Shown: in pieces, positions 24,243 through 38,632 of the stretch
How positions within the stretch are numbered: the stretch's first letter is position 1
Layout: each line of letters begins with the position of its first letter
Assembly (NCBI GenBank): GCA_964057225.1
Contig: OZ059898.1
Location: forward strand, 20,584,001-20,648,000
DNA: 64,000 nucleotides
Source of the DNA: Auanema rhodensis
Taxonomy: Eukaryota > Animalia > Nematoda
Reading direction: 5' to 3'
Made by a program: the position numbers and the translations under genes
The notes under the pieces: generated by a model
The model's database searches: none
The model's input: the letters and a program-made list of their open reading frames with translations, nothing else
Told to the model about the DNA's origin: nothing

Positions 24243-27200
24243 TTAGTGTATGTTGAGTTTCCATGTACACTCAACATTGCTTCCAAAAACATTTTGACAA
24301 AAATTTTTTCGAAAAATTTCAAAATAATTTAGCAAAAAGTAGATGTTTTTAGATTCCATTTTTCAAGGCAAAGACGATGGACATTGTTATTCAACGAAAA
24401 AATTAATTCTTCAGGGTGAAAATCGAGGATATAAGTGTGAACTTATATCAGTTGATATCTCGGTGCATTTTTAAGCTAGCGCAAATCTGATAACACAGAT
24501 CGACGCAGCTTAAAAATCCGCAACGAATGCACTATACTACATTGAGAAACGCTTAATACAAAAATTAGTTATGATCGTTTGAAAAATGATGCATTAGTGT
24601 ATGTTGAGTTTCCATGTACACTCAACATTGCTTCCAAAAACATTTTGACAAAAATTTTTTCGAAAAATTTCAAAATAATTTAGCAAAAAGTAGATGTTTT
24701 TAGATTCCTTCATTCAAGGCAAAGACGATGGACAATGTTATTCAACGAAAAAATTAATTCTTCAGGGTGAAAATCGAGGATATAAGTGTGAACTTATATC
24801 AGTTGATATCTCGGTGCATTTTTAAGCTAGCGCAAATCTGATAACACAGATCGGCGCAGCTTAAAAATCCGCATCGAATGCACTATACTACATTGAGAAA
24901 CGCTTAATACAAAAATTAGTTATGATCCTTTGAAAAATGATGCATTAGTGTATGTTGAGTTTCCATGTACACTCAACAATGCTTCCAAAAACACTTTGAC
25001 AAAAATTTTTTCGAAAAATTTCAAAATAATTTAGCAAAAAGTAGATGTTTTTAGATTCCTTTTTTCAAGGCAAAGACGATGGACAATGTTATTCAACGAA
25101 AAAATTATTCCTTCACGGTGAAAATCGAGGATATAAGTGTGAACTTATATCAGTTGATATCTCGGTGCATTTTTAAGCTAGCGCAAATCTGATAACACAG
25201 ATCGACGCAGCTTAAAAATCCGCATCGAATGCACTATACTACATTGAGAAACGCTTAATACAAAAATTAGTTATGATCCTTTGAAAAATGATGCATTAGT
25301 GTATGTTGAGTTTCCATGTACACTCAACATTGCTTCCAAAAACATTTTGACAAAAATTTTTTCGAAAAATTTCAAAATAATTTAGCAAAAAGTAGATGTT
25401 TTTAAATTTTTTATTTCAAGACAAAGACGATGGACATTGTTATTCAACGAAAAAATTAATTCTTCAGGGTGAAAATCGAGGATATAAGTGTGAACTTATA
25501 TCAGTTGATATCTCGGTGCATTTTTAAGCTAGCGCAAATCTGATAACACAGATCGACGCAGCTTAAAAATCCGCATCGAATGCACTATACTACATTGAGA
25601 AACGCTTAATACAAAAATTAGTTATGATCGTTTGAAAAATGATGCATTAGTGTATGTTGAGTTTCCATGTACACTCAACATTGCTTCCAAAAACATTTTG
25701 ACAAAAATTTTTTCGAAAAATTTCAAAATAATTTAGCAAAAAGTAGATGTTTTTAGATTCCATTTTTCAAGGCAAAGACGATGGACATTGTTATTCAACG
25801 AAAAAATTAATTCTTCAGGGTGAAAATCGAGGATATAAGTGTGAACTTATATCAGTTGATATCTCGGTGCATTTTTAAGCTAGCGCAAATCTGATAACAC
25901 AGATCGACGCAGCTTAAAAATCCGCAACGAATGCACTATACTACATTGAGAAACGCTTAATACAAAAATTAGTTATGATCGTTTGAAAAATGATGCATTA
26001 GTGTATGTTGAGTTTCCATGTACACTCAACATTGCTTCCAAAAACATTTTGACAAAAATTTTTTCGAAAAATTTCAAAATAATTTAGCAAAAAGTAGATG
26101 TTTTTAGATTCCTTCATTCAAGGCAAAGACGATGGACAATGTTATTCAACGAAAAAATTAATTCTTCAGGGTGAAAATCGAGGATATAAGTGTGAACTTA
26201 TATCAGTTGATATCTCGGTGCATTTTTAAGCTAGCGCAAATCTGATAACACAGATCGGCGCAGCTTAAAAATCCGCATCGAATGCACTATACTACATTGA
26301 GAAACGCTTAATACAAAAATTAGTTATGATCCTTTGAAAAATGATGCATTAGTGTATGTTGAGTTTCCATGTACACTCAACAATGCTTCCAAAAACACTT
26401 TGACAAAAATTTTTTCGAAAAATTTCAAAATAATTTAGCAAAAAGTAGATGTTTTTAGATTCCTTTTTTCAAGGCAAAGACGATGGACAATGTTATTCAA
26501 CGAAAAAATTATTCCTTCACGGTGAAAATCGAGGATATAAGTGTGAACTTATATCAGTTGATATCTCGGTGCATTTTTAAGCTAGCGCAAATCTGATAAC
26601 ACAGATCGACGCAGCTTAAAAATCCGCATCGAATGCACTATACTACATTGAGAAACGCTTAATACAAAAATTAGTTATGATCGTTTGAAAAATGATGCAT
26701 TAGTGTATGTTGAGTTTCCATGTACACTCAACATTGCTTCCAAAAACATTTTGACAAAAATTTTTTCGAAAAATTTCAAAATAATTTAGCAAAAAGTAGA
26801 TGTTTTTAAATTTTTTATTTCAAGACAAAGACGATGGACATTGTTATTCAACGAAAAAATTAATTCTTCAGGGTGAAAATCGAGGATATAAGTGTGAACT
26901 TATATCAGTTGATATCTCGGTGCATTTTTAAGCTAGCGCAAATCTGATAACACAGATCGACGCAGCTTAAAAATCCGCATCGAATGCACTATACTACATT
27001 GAGAAACGCTTAATACAAAAATTAGTTATGATCGTTTGAAAAATGATGCATTAGTGTATGTTGAGTTTCCATGTACACTCAACATTGCTTCCAAAAACAT
27101 TTTGACAAAAATTTTTTCGAAAAATTTCAAAATAATTTAGCAAAAAGTAGATGTTTTTAGATTCCATTTTTCAAGGCAAAGACGATGGACATTGTTATTC

Positions 27201-27401
27201 AACGAAAAAATTAATTCTTCAGGGTGAAAATCGAGGATATAAGTGTGAACTTATATCAGTTGATATCTCGGTGCATTTTTAAGCTAGCGCAAATCTGATA
27301 ACACAGATCGACGCAGCTTAAAAATCCGCAACGAATGCACTATACTACATTGAGAAACGCTTAATACAAAAATTAGTTATGATCGTTTGAAAAATGATGC
27401 A
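24243..27401. repeat. Local tetrameric higher-order repeat (G - F/B chimera - C - D), about 2.25 units, 1404-bp period
   Basis: Copies 70-73 and 74-77 have the same order, both with the unusual CCTTCATT + GGCGC monomer (24594, 25998). Confidence 0.8.
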
Positions 27402-27752
27402 TTAGTGTATGTTGAGTTTCCATGTACACTCAACATTGCTTCCAAAAACATTTTGACAAAAATTTTTTCGAAAAATTTCAAAATAATTTAGCAAAAAGTA
27501 GATGTTTTTAGATTCCTTCATTCAAGGCAAAGACGATGGACAATGTTATTCAACGAAAAAATTAATTCTTCAGGGTGAAAATCGAGGATATAAGTGTGAA
27601 CTTATATCAGTTGATATCTCGGTGCATTTTTAAGCTAGCGCAAATCTGATAACACAGATCGACGCAGCTTAAAAATCCGCATCGAATGCACTATACTACA
27701 TTGAGAAACGCTTAATACAAAAATTAGTTTTGATCGTTTGAAAAATGATGCA

Positions 27753-29858
27753 TTAGTGTATGTTGAGTTTCCATGTACACTCAACATTGCTTCCAAAAAC
27801 ATTTTGACAAAAATTTTTTTGAAAAATTTCAGAATAATTTAGCAAAAAGTAGATGTTTTTAGATTCCATTTTTCAAGGCAAAGACGATGGACAATGTTAT
27901 TCAACGAAAAAATTAATTCTTCAGGGTGAAAATCGAGGATATAAGTGTGAACTTATATCAGTTGATATCTCGGTGCATTTTTAAGCTAGCGCAAATCTGA
28001 TAACACAGATCGGCGCAGCTTAAAAATCCGCATCGAATGCACTATACTACATTGAGAAACGCTTAATACAAAAATTAGTTATGATCCTTTGAAAAATGAT
28101 GCATTAGTGTATGTTGAGTTTCCATGTACACTCAACAATGCTTCCAAAAACACTTTGACAAAAATTTTTTCGAAAAATTTCAAAATAATTTAGCAAAAAG
28201 TAGATGTTTTTAGATTCCTTTTTTCAAGGCAAAGACGATGGACAATGTTATTCAACGAAAAAATTATTCCTTCACGGTGAAAATCGAGGATATAAGTGTG
28301 AACTTATATCAGTTGATATCTCGGTGCATTTTTAAGCTAGCGCAAATCTGATAACACAGATCGACGCAGCTTAAAAATCCGCATCGAATGCACTATACTA
28401 CATTGAGAAACGCTTAATACAAAAATTAGTTATGATCGTTTGAAAAATGATGCATTAGTGTATGTTGAGTTTCCATGTACACTCAACATTGCTTCCAAAA
28501 ACATTTTGACAAAAATTTTTTTGAAAAATTTCAGAATAATTTAGCAAAAAGTAGATGTTTTTAGATTCCATTTTTCAAGGCAAAGACGATGGACAATGTT
28601 ATTCAACGAAAAAATTAATTCTTCAGGGTGAAAATCGAGGATATAAGTGTGAACTTATATCAGTTGATATCTCGGTGCATTTTTAAGCTAGCGCAAATCT
28701 GATAACACAGATCGGCGCAGCTTAAAAATCCGCATCGAATGCACTATACTACATTGAGAAACGCTTAATACAAAAATTAGTTATGATCCTTTGAAAAATG
28801 ATGCATTAGTGTATGTTGAGTTTCCATGTACACTCAACAATGCTTCCAAAAACACTTTGACAAAAATTTTTTCGAAAAATTTCAAAATAATTTAGCAAAA
28901 AGTAGATGTTTTTAGATTCCTTTTTTCAAGGCAAAGACGATGGACAATGTTATTCAACGAAAAAATTATTCCTTCACGGTGAAAATCGAGGATATAAGTG
29001 TGAACTTATATCAGTTGATATCTCGGTGCATTTTTAAGCTAGCGCAAATCTGATAACACAGATCGACGCAGCTTAAAAATCCGCATCGAATGCACTATAC
29101 TACATTGAGAAACGCTTAATACAAAAATTAGTTATGATCGTTTGAAAAATGATGCATTAGTGTATGTTGAGTTTCCATGTACACTCAACATTGCTTCCAA
29201 AAACATTTTGACAAAAATTTTTTTGAAAAATTTCAGAATAATTTAGCAAAAAGTAGATGTTTTTAGATTCCATTTTTCAAGGCAAAGACGATGGACAATG
29301 TTATTCAACGAAAAAATTAATTCTTCAGGGTGAAAATCGAGGATATAAGTGTGAACTTATATCAGTTGATATCTCGGTGCATTTTTAAGCTAGCGCAAAT
29401 CTGATAACACAGATCGGCGCAGCTTAAAAATCCGCATCGAATGCACTATACTACATTGAGAAACGCTTAATACAAAAATTAGTTATGATCCTTTGAAAAA
29501 TGATGCATTAGTGTATGTTGAGTTTCCATGTACACTCAACAATGCTTCCAAAAACACTTTGACAAAAATTTTTTCGAAAAATTTCAAAATAATTTAGCAA
29601 AAAGTAGATGTTTTTAGATTCCTTTTTTCAAGGCAAAGACGATGGACAATGTTATTCAACGAAAAAATTATTCCTTCACGGTGAAAATCGAGGATATAAG
29701 TGTGAACTTATATCAGTTGATATCTCGGTGCATTTTTAAGCTAGCGCAAATCTGATAACACAGATCGACGCAGCTTAAAAATCCGCATCGAATGCACTAT
29801 ACTACATTGAGAAACGCTTAATACAAAAATTAGTTATGATCGTTTGAAAAATGATGCA
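27753..29858. repeat. Dimeric higher-order repeat (B-C) x3, 702-bp period
   Basis: Copies 80-85 alternate B (TTTGAA, CAGAAT, GGCGC, GATCCT) and C (CAATGC, CACTTT, CACGG). Confidence 0.85.
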
Positions 29859-32800
29859 TTAGTGTATGTTGAGTTTCCATGTACACTCAACATTGCTTCC
29901 AAAAACATTTTGACAAAAATTTTTTCGAAAAATTTCAAAATAATTTAGCAAAAAGTAGATGTTTTTAAATTTTTTATTTCAAGACAAAGACGATGGACAT
30001 TGTTATTCAACGAAAAAATTAATTCTTCAGGGTGAAAATCGAGGATATAAGTGTGAACTTATATCAGTTGATATCTCGGTGCATTTTTAAGCTAGCGCAA
30101 ATCTGATAACACAGATCGGCGCAGCTTAAAAATCCGCATCGAATGCACTATACTACATTGAGAAACGCTTAATACAAAAATTAGTTATGATCCTTTGAAA
30201 AATGATGCATTAGTGTATGTTGAGTTTCCATGTACACTCAACAATGCTTCCAAAAACACTTTGACAAAAATTTTTTCGAAAAATTTCAAAATAATTTAGC
30301 AAAAAGTAGATGTTTTTAGATTCCTTTTTTCAAGGCAAAGACGATGGACAATGTTATTCAACGAAAAAATTATTCCTTCACGGTGAAAATCGAGGATATA
30401 AGTGTGAACTTATATCAGTTGATATCTCGGTGCATTTTTAAGCTAGCGCAAATCTGATAACACAGATCGACGCAGCTTAAAAATCCGCATCGAATGCACT
30501 ATACTACATTGAGAAACGCTTAATACAAAAATTAGTTATGATCGTTTGAAAAATGATGCATTAGTGTATGTTGAGTTTCCATGTACACTCAACATTGCTT
30601 CCAAAAACATTTTGACAAAAATTTTTTCGAAAAATTTCAAAATAATTTAGCAAAAAGTAGATGTTTTTAAATTTTTTATTTCAAGACAAAGACGATGGAC
30701 ATTGTTATTCAACGAAAAAATTAATTCTTCAGGGTGAAAATCGAGGATATAAGTGTGAACTTATATCAGTTGATATCTCGGTGCATTTTTAAGCTAGCGC
30801 AAATCTGATAACACAGATCGACGCAGCTTAAAAATCCGCAACGAATGCACTATACTACATTGAGAAACGCTTAATACAAAAATTAGTTATGATCGTTTGA
30901 AAAATGATGCATTAGTGTATGTTGAGTTTCCATGTACACTCAACATTGCTTCCAAAAACATTTTGACAAAAATTTTTTCGAAAAATTTCAAAATAATTTA
31001 GCAAAAAGTAGATGTTTTTAGATTCCTTCATTCAAGGCAAAGACGATGGACAATGTTATTCAACGAAAAAATTAATTCTTCAGGGTGAAAATCGAGGATA
31101 TAAGTGTGAACTTATATCAGTTGATATCTCGGTGCATTTTTAAGCTAGCGCAAATCTGATAACACAGATCGACGCAGCTTAAAAATCCGCATCGAATGCA
31201 CTATACTACATTGAGAAACGCTTAATACAAAAATTAGTTATGATCCCTTGAAAAATGATGCATTAGTGTATGTTGAGTTTCCATGTACACTCAACATTGC
31301 TTCCAAAAACATTTTGACAAAAATTTTTTCGAAAAATTTCAGAATAATTTAGCAAAAAGTAGATGTTTTTAGATTCCATTTTTCAAGGCAAAGACGATGG
31401 ACAATGTTATTCAACGAAAAAATTATTCCTTCAGGGTGAAAATCGAGGATATAAGTGTGAACTTATATCAGTTGATATCTCGGTGCATTTTTAAGCTAGC
31501 GCAAATCTGATAACACAGATCGACGCAGCTTAAAAATCCGCATCGAATGCACTATACTACATTGAGAAACGCTTAATACAAAAATTAGTTATGATCGTTT
31601 GAAAAATGATGCATTAGTGTATGTTGAGTTTCCATGTACACTCAACATTGCTTCCAAAAACATTTTGACAAAAATTTTTTTGAAAAATTTCAGAATAATT
31701 TAGCAAAAAGTAGATGTTTTTAGATTCCATTTTTCAAGGCAAAGACGATGGACAATGTTATTCAACGAAAAAATTATTCCTTCAGGGTGAAAATCGAGGA
31801 TATAAGTGTGAACTTATATCAGTTGATATCTCGGTGCATTTTTAAGCTAGCGCAAATCTGATAACACAGATCGACGCAGCTTAAAAATCCGCATCGAATG
31901 CACTATACTACATTGAGAAACGCTCAATACAAAAATTAGTTATGATCGTTTGAAAAATGATGCATTAGTGTATGTTGAATTTCCATGTACACTCCACATT
32001 GCTTCCAAAAACATTTTGACAAAAATTTTTTCGAAAAATTTCAAAATAATTTAGCAAAAAGTAGATGTTTTTAGATTCCTTTATTCAAGGCAAAGACGAT
32101 GGACAATGTTATTCAACGAAAAAATTATTCCTTCAGGGTGAAAATTGAGGATATAAGTGTGAACTTATATCAGTTGATATCTCGGTGCATTTTTAAGCTA
32201 GCGCAAATCTGATAACACAGATCGACGCAGCTTAAAAATCCGCATCGAATGCACTATACTACATTGAGAAACGCTTAATACAAAAATTAGTTATGATCGT
32301 TTGAAAAATGATGCATTAGTGTATGTTGAGTTTCCATGTACACTCAACATTGCTTCCAAAAACATTTTGACAAAAATTTTTTCGAAAAATTTCAGAATAA
32401 TTTAGCAAAAAGTAGATGTTTTTAGATTCCATTTTTCAAGGCAAAGACGATGGACAATGTTATTCAACGAAAAAATTATTCCTTCAGGGTGAAAATCGAG
32501 GATATAAGTGTGAACTTATATCAGTTGATATCTCGGTGCATTTTTAAGCTAGCGCAAATCTGATAACACAGATCGACGCAGCTTAAAAATCCGCATCGAA
32601 TGCACTATACTACATTGAGAAACGCTTAATACAAAAATTAGTTATGATCGTTTGAAAAATGATGCATTAGTGTATGTTGAGTTTCCATGTACACTCAACA
32701 TTGCTTCCAAAAACATTTTGACAAAAATTTTTTCGAAAAATTTCAAAATAATTTAGCAAAAAGTAGATGTTTTTAGATTCCTTTATTCAAGGCAAAGACG

Positions 32801-35800
32801 ATGGACAATGTTATTCAACGAAAAAATTAATTCTTCAGGGTGAAAATCGAGGATATAAATGTGAACTTATATCAGTTGATATCTCGGTGCATTTTTAAGC
32901 TAGCGCAAATCTGATAACACAGATCGACGCAGCTTAAAAATCCGCATCGAATGCACTATACTACATTGAGAAACGCTTAATACAAAAATTAGTTATGATC
33001 GTTTGAAAAATGATGCATTAGTGTATGTTGAGTTTCCATGTACACTCAACATTGCTTCCAAAAACATTTTGACAAAAATTTTTTTGAAAAATTTCAGAAT
33101 AATTTAGCAAAAAGTAGATGTTTTTAGATTCCATTTTTCAAGGCAAAGACGATGGACAATGTTATTCAACGAAAAAATTAATTCTTCAGGGTGAAAATCG
33201 AGGATATAAGTGTGAACTTATATCAGTTGATATCTCGGTGCATTTTTAAGCTAGCGCAAATCTGATAACACAGATCGGCGCAGCTTAAAAATCCGCATCG
33301 AATGCACTATACTACATTGAGAAACGCTTAATACAAAAATTAGTTATGATCCTTTGAAAAATGATGCATTAGTGTATGTTGAGTTTCCATGTACACTCAA
33401 CAATGCTTCCAAAAACACTTTGACAAAAATTTTTTCGAAAAATTTCAAAATAATTTAGCAAAAAGTAGATGTTTTTAGATTCCTTTTTTCAAGGCAAAGA
33501 CGATGGACAATGTTATTCAACGAAAAAATTATTCCTTCACGGTGAAAATCGAGGATATAAGTGTGAACTTATATCAGTTGATATCTCGGTGCATTTTTAA
33601 GCTAGCGCAAATCTGATAACACAGATCGACGCAGCTTAAAAATCCGCATCGAATGCACTATACTACATTGAGAAACGCTTAATACAAAAATTAGTTATGA
33701 TCCTTTGAAAAATGATGCATTAGTGTATGTTGAGTTTCCATGTACACTCAACAATGCTTCCAAAAACACTTTGACAAAAATTTTTTCGAAAAATTTCAAA
33801 ATAATTTAGCAAAAAGTAGATGTTTTTAAATTTTTTATTTCAAGACAAAGACGATGGACATTGTTATTCAACGAAAAAATTAATTCTTCAGGGTGAAAAT
33901 CGAGGATATAAGTGTGAACTTATATCAGTTGATATCTCGGTGCATTTTTAAGCTAGCGCAAATCTGATAACACAGATCGACGCAGCTTAAAAATCCGCAT
34001 CGAATGCACTATACTACATTGAGAAACGCTTAATACAAAAATTAGTTATGATCGTTTGAAAAATGATGCATTAGTGTATGTTGAGTTTCCATGTACACTC
34101 AACATTGCTTCCAAAAACATTTTGACAAAAATTTTTTTGAAAAATTTCAGAATAATTTAGCAAAAAGTAGATGTTTTTAGATTCCATTTTTCAAGGCAAA
34201 GACGATGGACAATGTTATTCAACGAAAAAATTAATTCTTCAGGGTGAAAATCGAGGATATAAGTGTGAACTTATATCAGTTGATATCTCGGTGCATTTTT
34301 AAGCTAGCGCAAATCTGATAACACAGATCGACGCAGCTTAAAAATCCGCATCGAATGCACTATACTACATTGAGAAACGCTTAATACAAAAATTAGTTAT
34401 GATCGTTTGAAAAATGATGCATTAGTGTATGTTGAGTTTCCATGTACACTCAACAATGCTTCCAAAAACACTTTGACAAAAATTTTTTCGAAAAATTTCA
34501 AAATAATTTAGCAAAAAGTAGATGTTTTTAGATTCCTTTTTTCAAGGCAAAGACGATGGACAATGTTATTCAACGAAAAAATTATTCCTTCACGGTGAAA
34601 ATCGAGGATATAAGTGTGAACTTATATCAGTTGATATCTCGGTGCATTTTTAAGCTAGCGCAAATCTGATAACACAGATCGACGCAGCTTAAAAATCCGC
34701 ATCGAATGCACTATACTACATTGAGAAACGCTTAATACAAAAATTAGTTATGATCCTTTGAAAAATGATGCATTAGTGTATGTTGAGTTTCCATGTACAC
34801 TCAACATTGCTTCCAAAAACACTTTGACAAAAATTTTTTCGAAAAATTTCAAAATAATTTAGCAAAAAGTAGATGTTTTTAAATTTTTTATTTTAAGACA
34901 AAGACGATGGACATTGTTATTCAACGAAAAAATTAATTCTTCAGGGTGAAAATCGAGGATATAAGTGTGAACTTATATCAGTTGATATCTCGGTGCATTT
35001 TTAAGCTAGCGCAAATCTGATAACACAGATCGACGCAGCTTAAAAATCCGCATCGAATGCACTATACTACATTGAGAAACGCTTAATACAAAAATTAGTT
35101 ATGATCGTTTGAAAAATGATGCATTAGTGTATGTTGAGTTTCCATGTACACTCAACATTGCTTCCAAAAACATTTTGACAAAAATTTTTTCGAAAAATTT
35201 CAAAATAATTTAGCAAAAAGTAGATGTTTTTAGATTCCTTCATTCAAGGCAAAGACGATGGACAATGTTATTCAACGAAAAAATTAATTCTTCAGGGTGA
35301 AAATCGAGGATATAAATGTGAACTTATATCAGTTGATATCTCGGTGCATTTTTAAGCTAGCGCAAATCTGATAACACAGATCGACGCAGCTTAAAAATCC
35401 GCATCGAATGCACTATACTACATTGAGAAACGCTTAATACAAAAATTAGTTATGATCGTTTGAAAAATGATGCATTAGTGTATGTTGAGTTTCCATGTAC
35501 ACTCAACATTGCTTCCAAAAACATTTTGACAAAAATTTTTTTGAAAAATTTCAGAATAATTTAGCAAAAAGTAGATGTTTTTAGATTCCATTTTTCAAGG
35601 CAAAGACGATGGACAATGTTATTCAACGAAAAAATTAATTCTTCAGGGTGAAAATCGAGGATATAAGTGTGAACTTATATCAGTTGATATCTCGGTGCAT
35701 TTTTAAGCTAGCGCAAATCTGATAACACAGATCGACGCAGCTTAAAAATCCGCATCGAATGCACTATACTACATTGAGAAACGCTTAATACAAAAATTAG

Positions 35801-37580
35801 TTATGATCGTTTGAAAAATGATGCATTAGTGTATGTTGAGTTTCCATGTACACTCAACATTGCTTCCAAAAACATTTTGACAAAAATTTTTTCGAAAAAT
35901 TTCAGAATAATTTAGCAAAAAGTAGATGTTTTTAGATTCCATTTTTCAAGGCAAAGACGATGGACAATGTTATTCAACGAAAAAATTATTCCTTCAGGGT
36001 GAAAATCGAGGATATAAGTGTGAACTTATATCAGTTGATATCTCGGTGCATTTTTAAGCTAGCGCAAATCTGATAACACAGATCGACGCAGCTTAAAAAT
36101 CCGCATCGAATGCACTATACTACATTGAGAAACGCTTAATACAAAAATTAGTTATGATCGTTTGAAAAATGATGCATTAGTGTATGTTGAGTTTCCATGT
36201 ACACTCAACATTGCTTGCAAAAACATTTTGACAAAAATTTTTTTGAAAAATTTCAGAATAATTTAGCAAAAAGTAGATGTTTTTAGATTCCATTTTTCAA
36301 GGCAAAGACGATGGACAATGTTATTCAACGAAAAAATTAATTCTTCAGGGTGAAAATCGAGGATATAAATGTGAACTTATATCAGTTGATATCTCGGTGC
36401 ATTTTTAAGCTAGCGCAAATCTGATAACACAGATCGACGCAGCTTAAAAATCCGCATCGAATGCACTATACTACATTGAGAAACGCTTAATACAAAAATT
36501 AGTTATGATCGTTTGAAAAATGATGCATTAGTGTATGTTGAGTTTCCATGTACACTCAACATTGCTTCCAAAAACATTTTGACAAAAATTTTTTTGAAAA
36601 ATTTCAGAATAATTTAGCAAAAAGTAGATGTTTTTAGATTCCATTTTTCAAGGCAAAGACGATGGACAATGTTATTCAACGAAAAAATTAATTCTTCAGG
36701 GTGAAAATCGAGGATATAAGTGTGAACTTATATCAGTTGATATCTCGGTGCATTTTTAAGCTAGCGCAAATCTGATAACACAGATCGACGCAGCTTAAAA
36801 ATCCGCATCGAATGCACTATACTACATTGAGAAACGCTCAATACAAAAATTAGTTATGATCCTTTGAAAAATGATGCATTAGTGTATGTTGAGTTTCCAT
36901 GTACACTCAACAATGCTTCCAAAAACACTTTGACAAAAATTTTTTCGAAAAATTTCAAAATAATTTAGCAAAAAGTAGATGTTTTTAGATTCCTTTTTTC
37001 AAGGCAAAGACGATGGACAATGTTATTCAACGAAAAAATTAATTCTTCAGGGTGAAAATCGAGGATATAAATGTGAACTTATATCAGTTGATATCTCGGT
37101 GCATTTTTAAGCTAGCGCAAATCTGATAACACAGATCGACGCAGCTTAAAAATCCGCATCGAATGCACTATACTACATTGAGAAACGCTTAATACAAAAA
37201 TTAGTTATGATCGTTTGAAAAATGATGCATTAGTGTATGTTGAGTTTCCATGTACACTCAACATTGCTTCCAAAAACATTTTGACAAAAATTTTTTTGAA
37301 AAATTTCAGAATAATTTAGCAAAAAGTAGATGTTTTTAGATTCCATTTTTCAAGGCAAAGACGATGGACAATGTTATTCAACGAAAAAATTATTTCTTCA
37401 GGGTGAAAATCGAGGATATAAGTGTGAACTTATATCAGTTGATATCTCGGTGCATTTTTAAGCTAGCGCAAATCTGATAACACAGATCGACGCAGCTTAA
37501 AAATCCGCATCGAATGCACTATACTACATTGAGAAACGCTTAATACAAAAATTAGTTATGATCCTTTGAAAAATGATGCA

Positions 37581-37930
37581 TTAGTGTATGTTGAGTTTCC
37601 ATGTACACTCAACAATGCTTCCAAAAACACTTTGACAAAAATTTTTTCGAAAAATTTAAAAATAATTTAGCAAAAAGTAGATGTTTTTAGATTCCTTTTT
37701 TCAAGGCAAAGACGATGGACAATGTTATTCAACGAAAAAATTATTCCTTCAGGGTGAAAATCGAGGATATAAGTGTGAACTTATATCAGTTGATATCTCG
37801 GTGCATTTTTAAGCTAGCGCAAATCTGATAACACAGATCGACGCAGCTTAAAAATCCGCATCGAATGCACTATACTACATTGAGAAACGCTTATACAAAA
37901 ATTAGTTATGATCGTTTGAAAAATGATGCA
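37581..37930. repeat. 350-bp monomer (copy 108) with 1-bp deletion
   Basis: CGCTTATACAAAAATT at about 37888-37903 versus consensus CGCTTAATACAAAAATT; register shifts by -1 afterwards. Confidence 0.9.
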
Positions 37931-38632
37931 TTAGTGTATGTTGAGTTTCCATGTACACTCAACATTGCTTCCAAAAACATTTTGACAAAAATTTTTTCGA
38001 AAAATTTCAAAATAATTTAGCAAAAAGTAGATGTTTTTAGATTCCTTTTTTCAAGGCAAAGACGATGGACAATGTTATTCAACGAAAAAATTATTCCTTC
38101 AGGGTGAAAATCGAGGATATAAGTGTGAACTTATATCAGTTGATATCTCGGTGCATTTTTAAGCTAGCGCAAATCTGATAACACAGATCGACGCAGCTTA
38201 AAAATCCGCATCGAATGCACTATACTACATTGAGAAACGCTTAATACAAAAATTAGTTATGATCGTTTGAAAAATGATGCATTAGTGTATGTTGAGTTTC
38301 CATGTACACTCAACATTGCTTCCAAAAACATTTTGACAAAAATTTTTTCGAAAAATTTCAGAATAATTTAGCAAAAAGTAGATGTTTTTAGATTCCATTT
38401 TTCAAGGCAAAGACGATGGACAATGTTATTCAACGAAAAAATTATTCCTTCAGGGTGAAAATCGAGGATATAAGTGTGAACTTATATCAGTTGATATCTC
38501 GGTGCATTTTTAAGCTAGCGCAAATCTGATAACACAGATCGACGCAGCTTAAAAATCCGCATCGAATGCACTATACTACATTGAGAAACGCTTAATACAA
38601 AAATTAGTTATGATCGTTTGAAAAATGATGCA

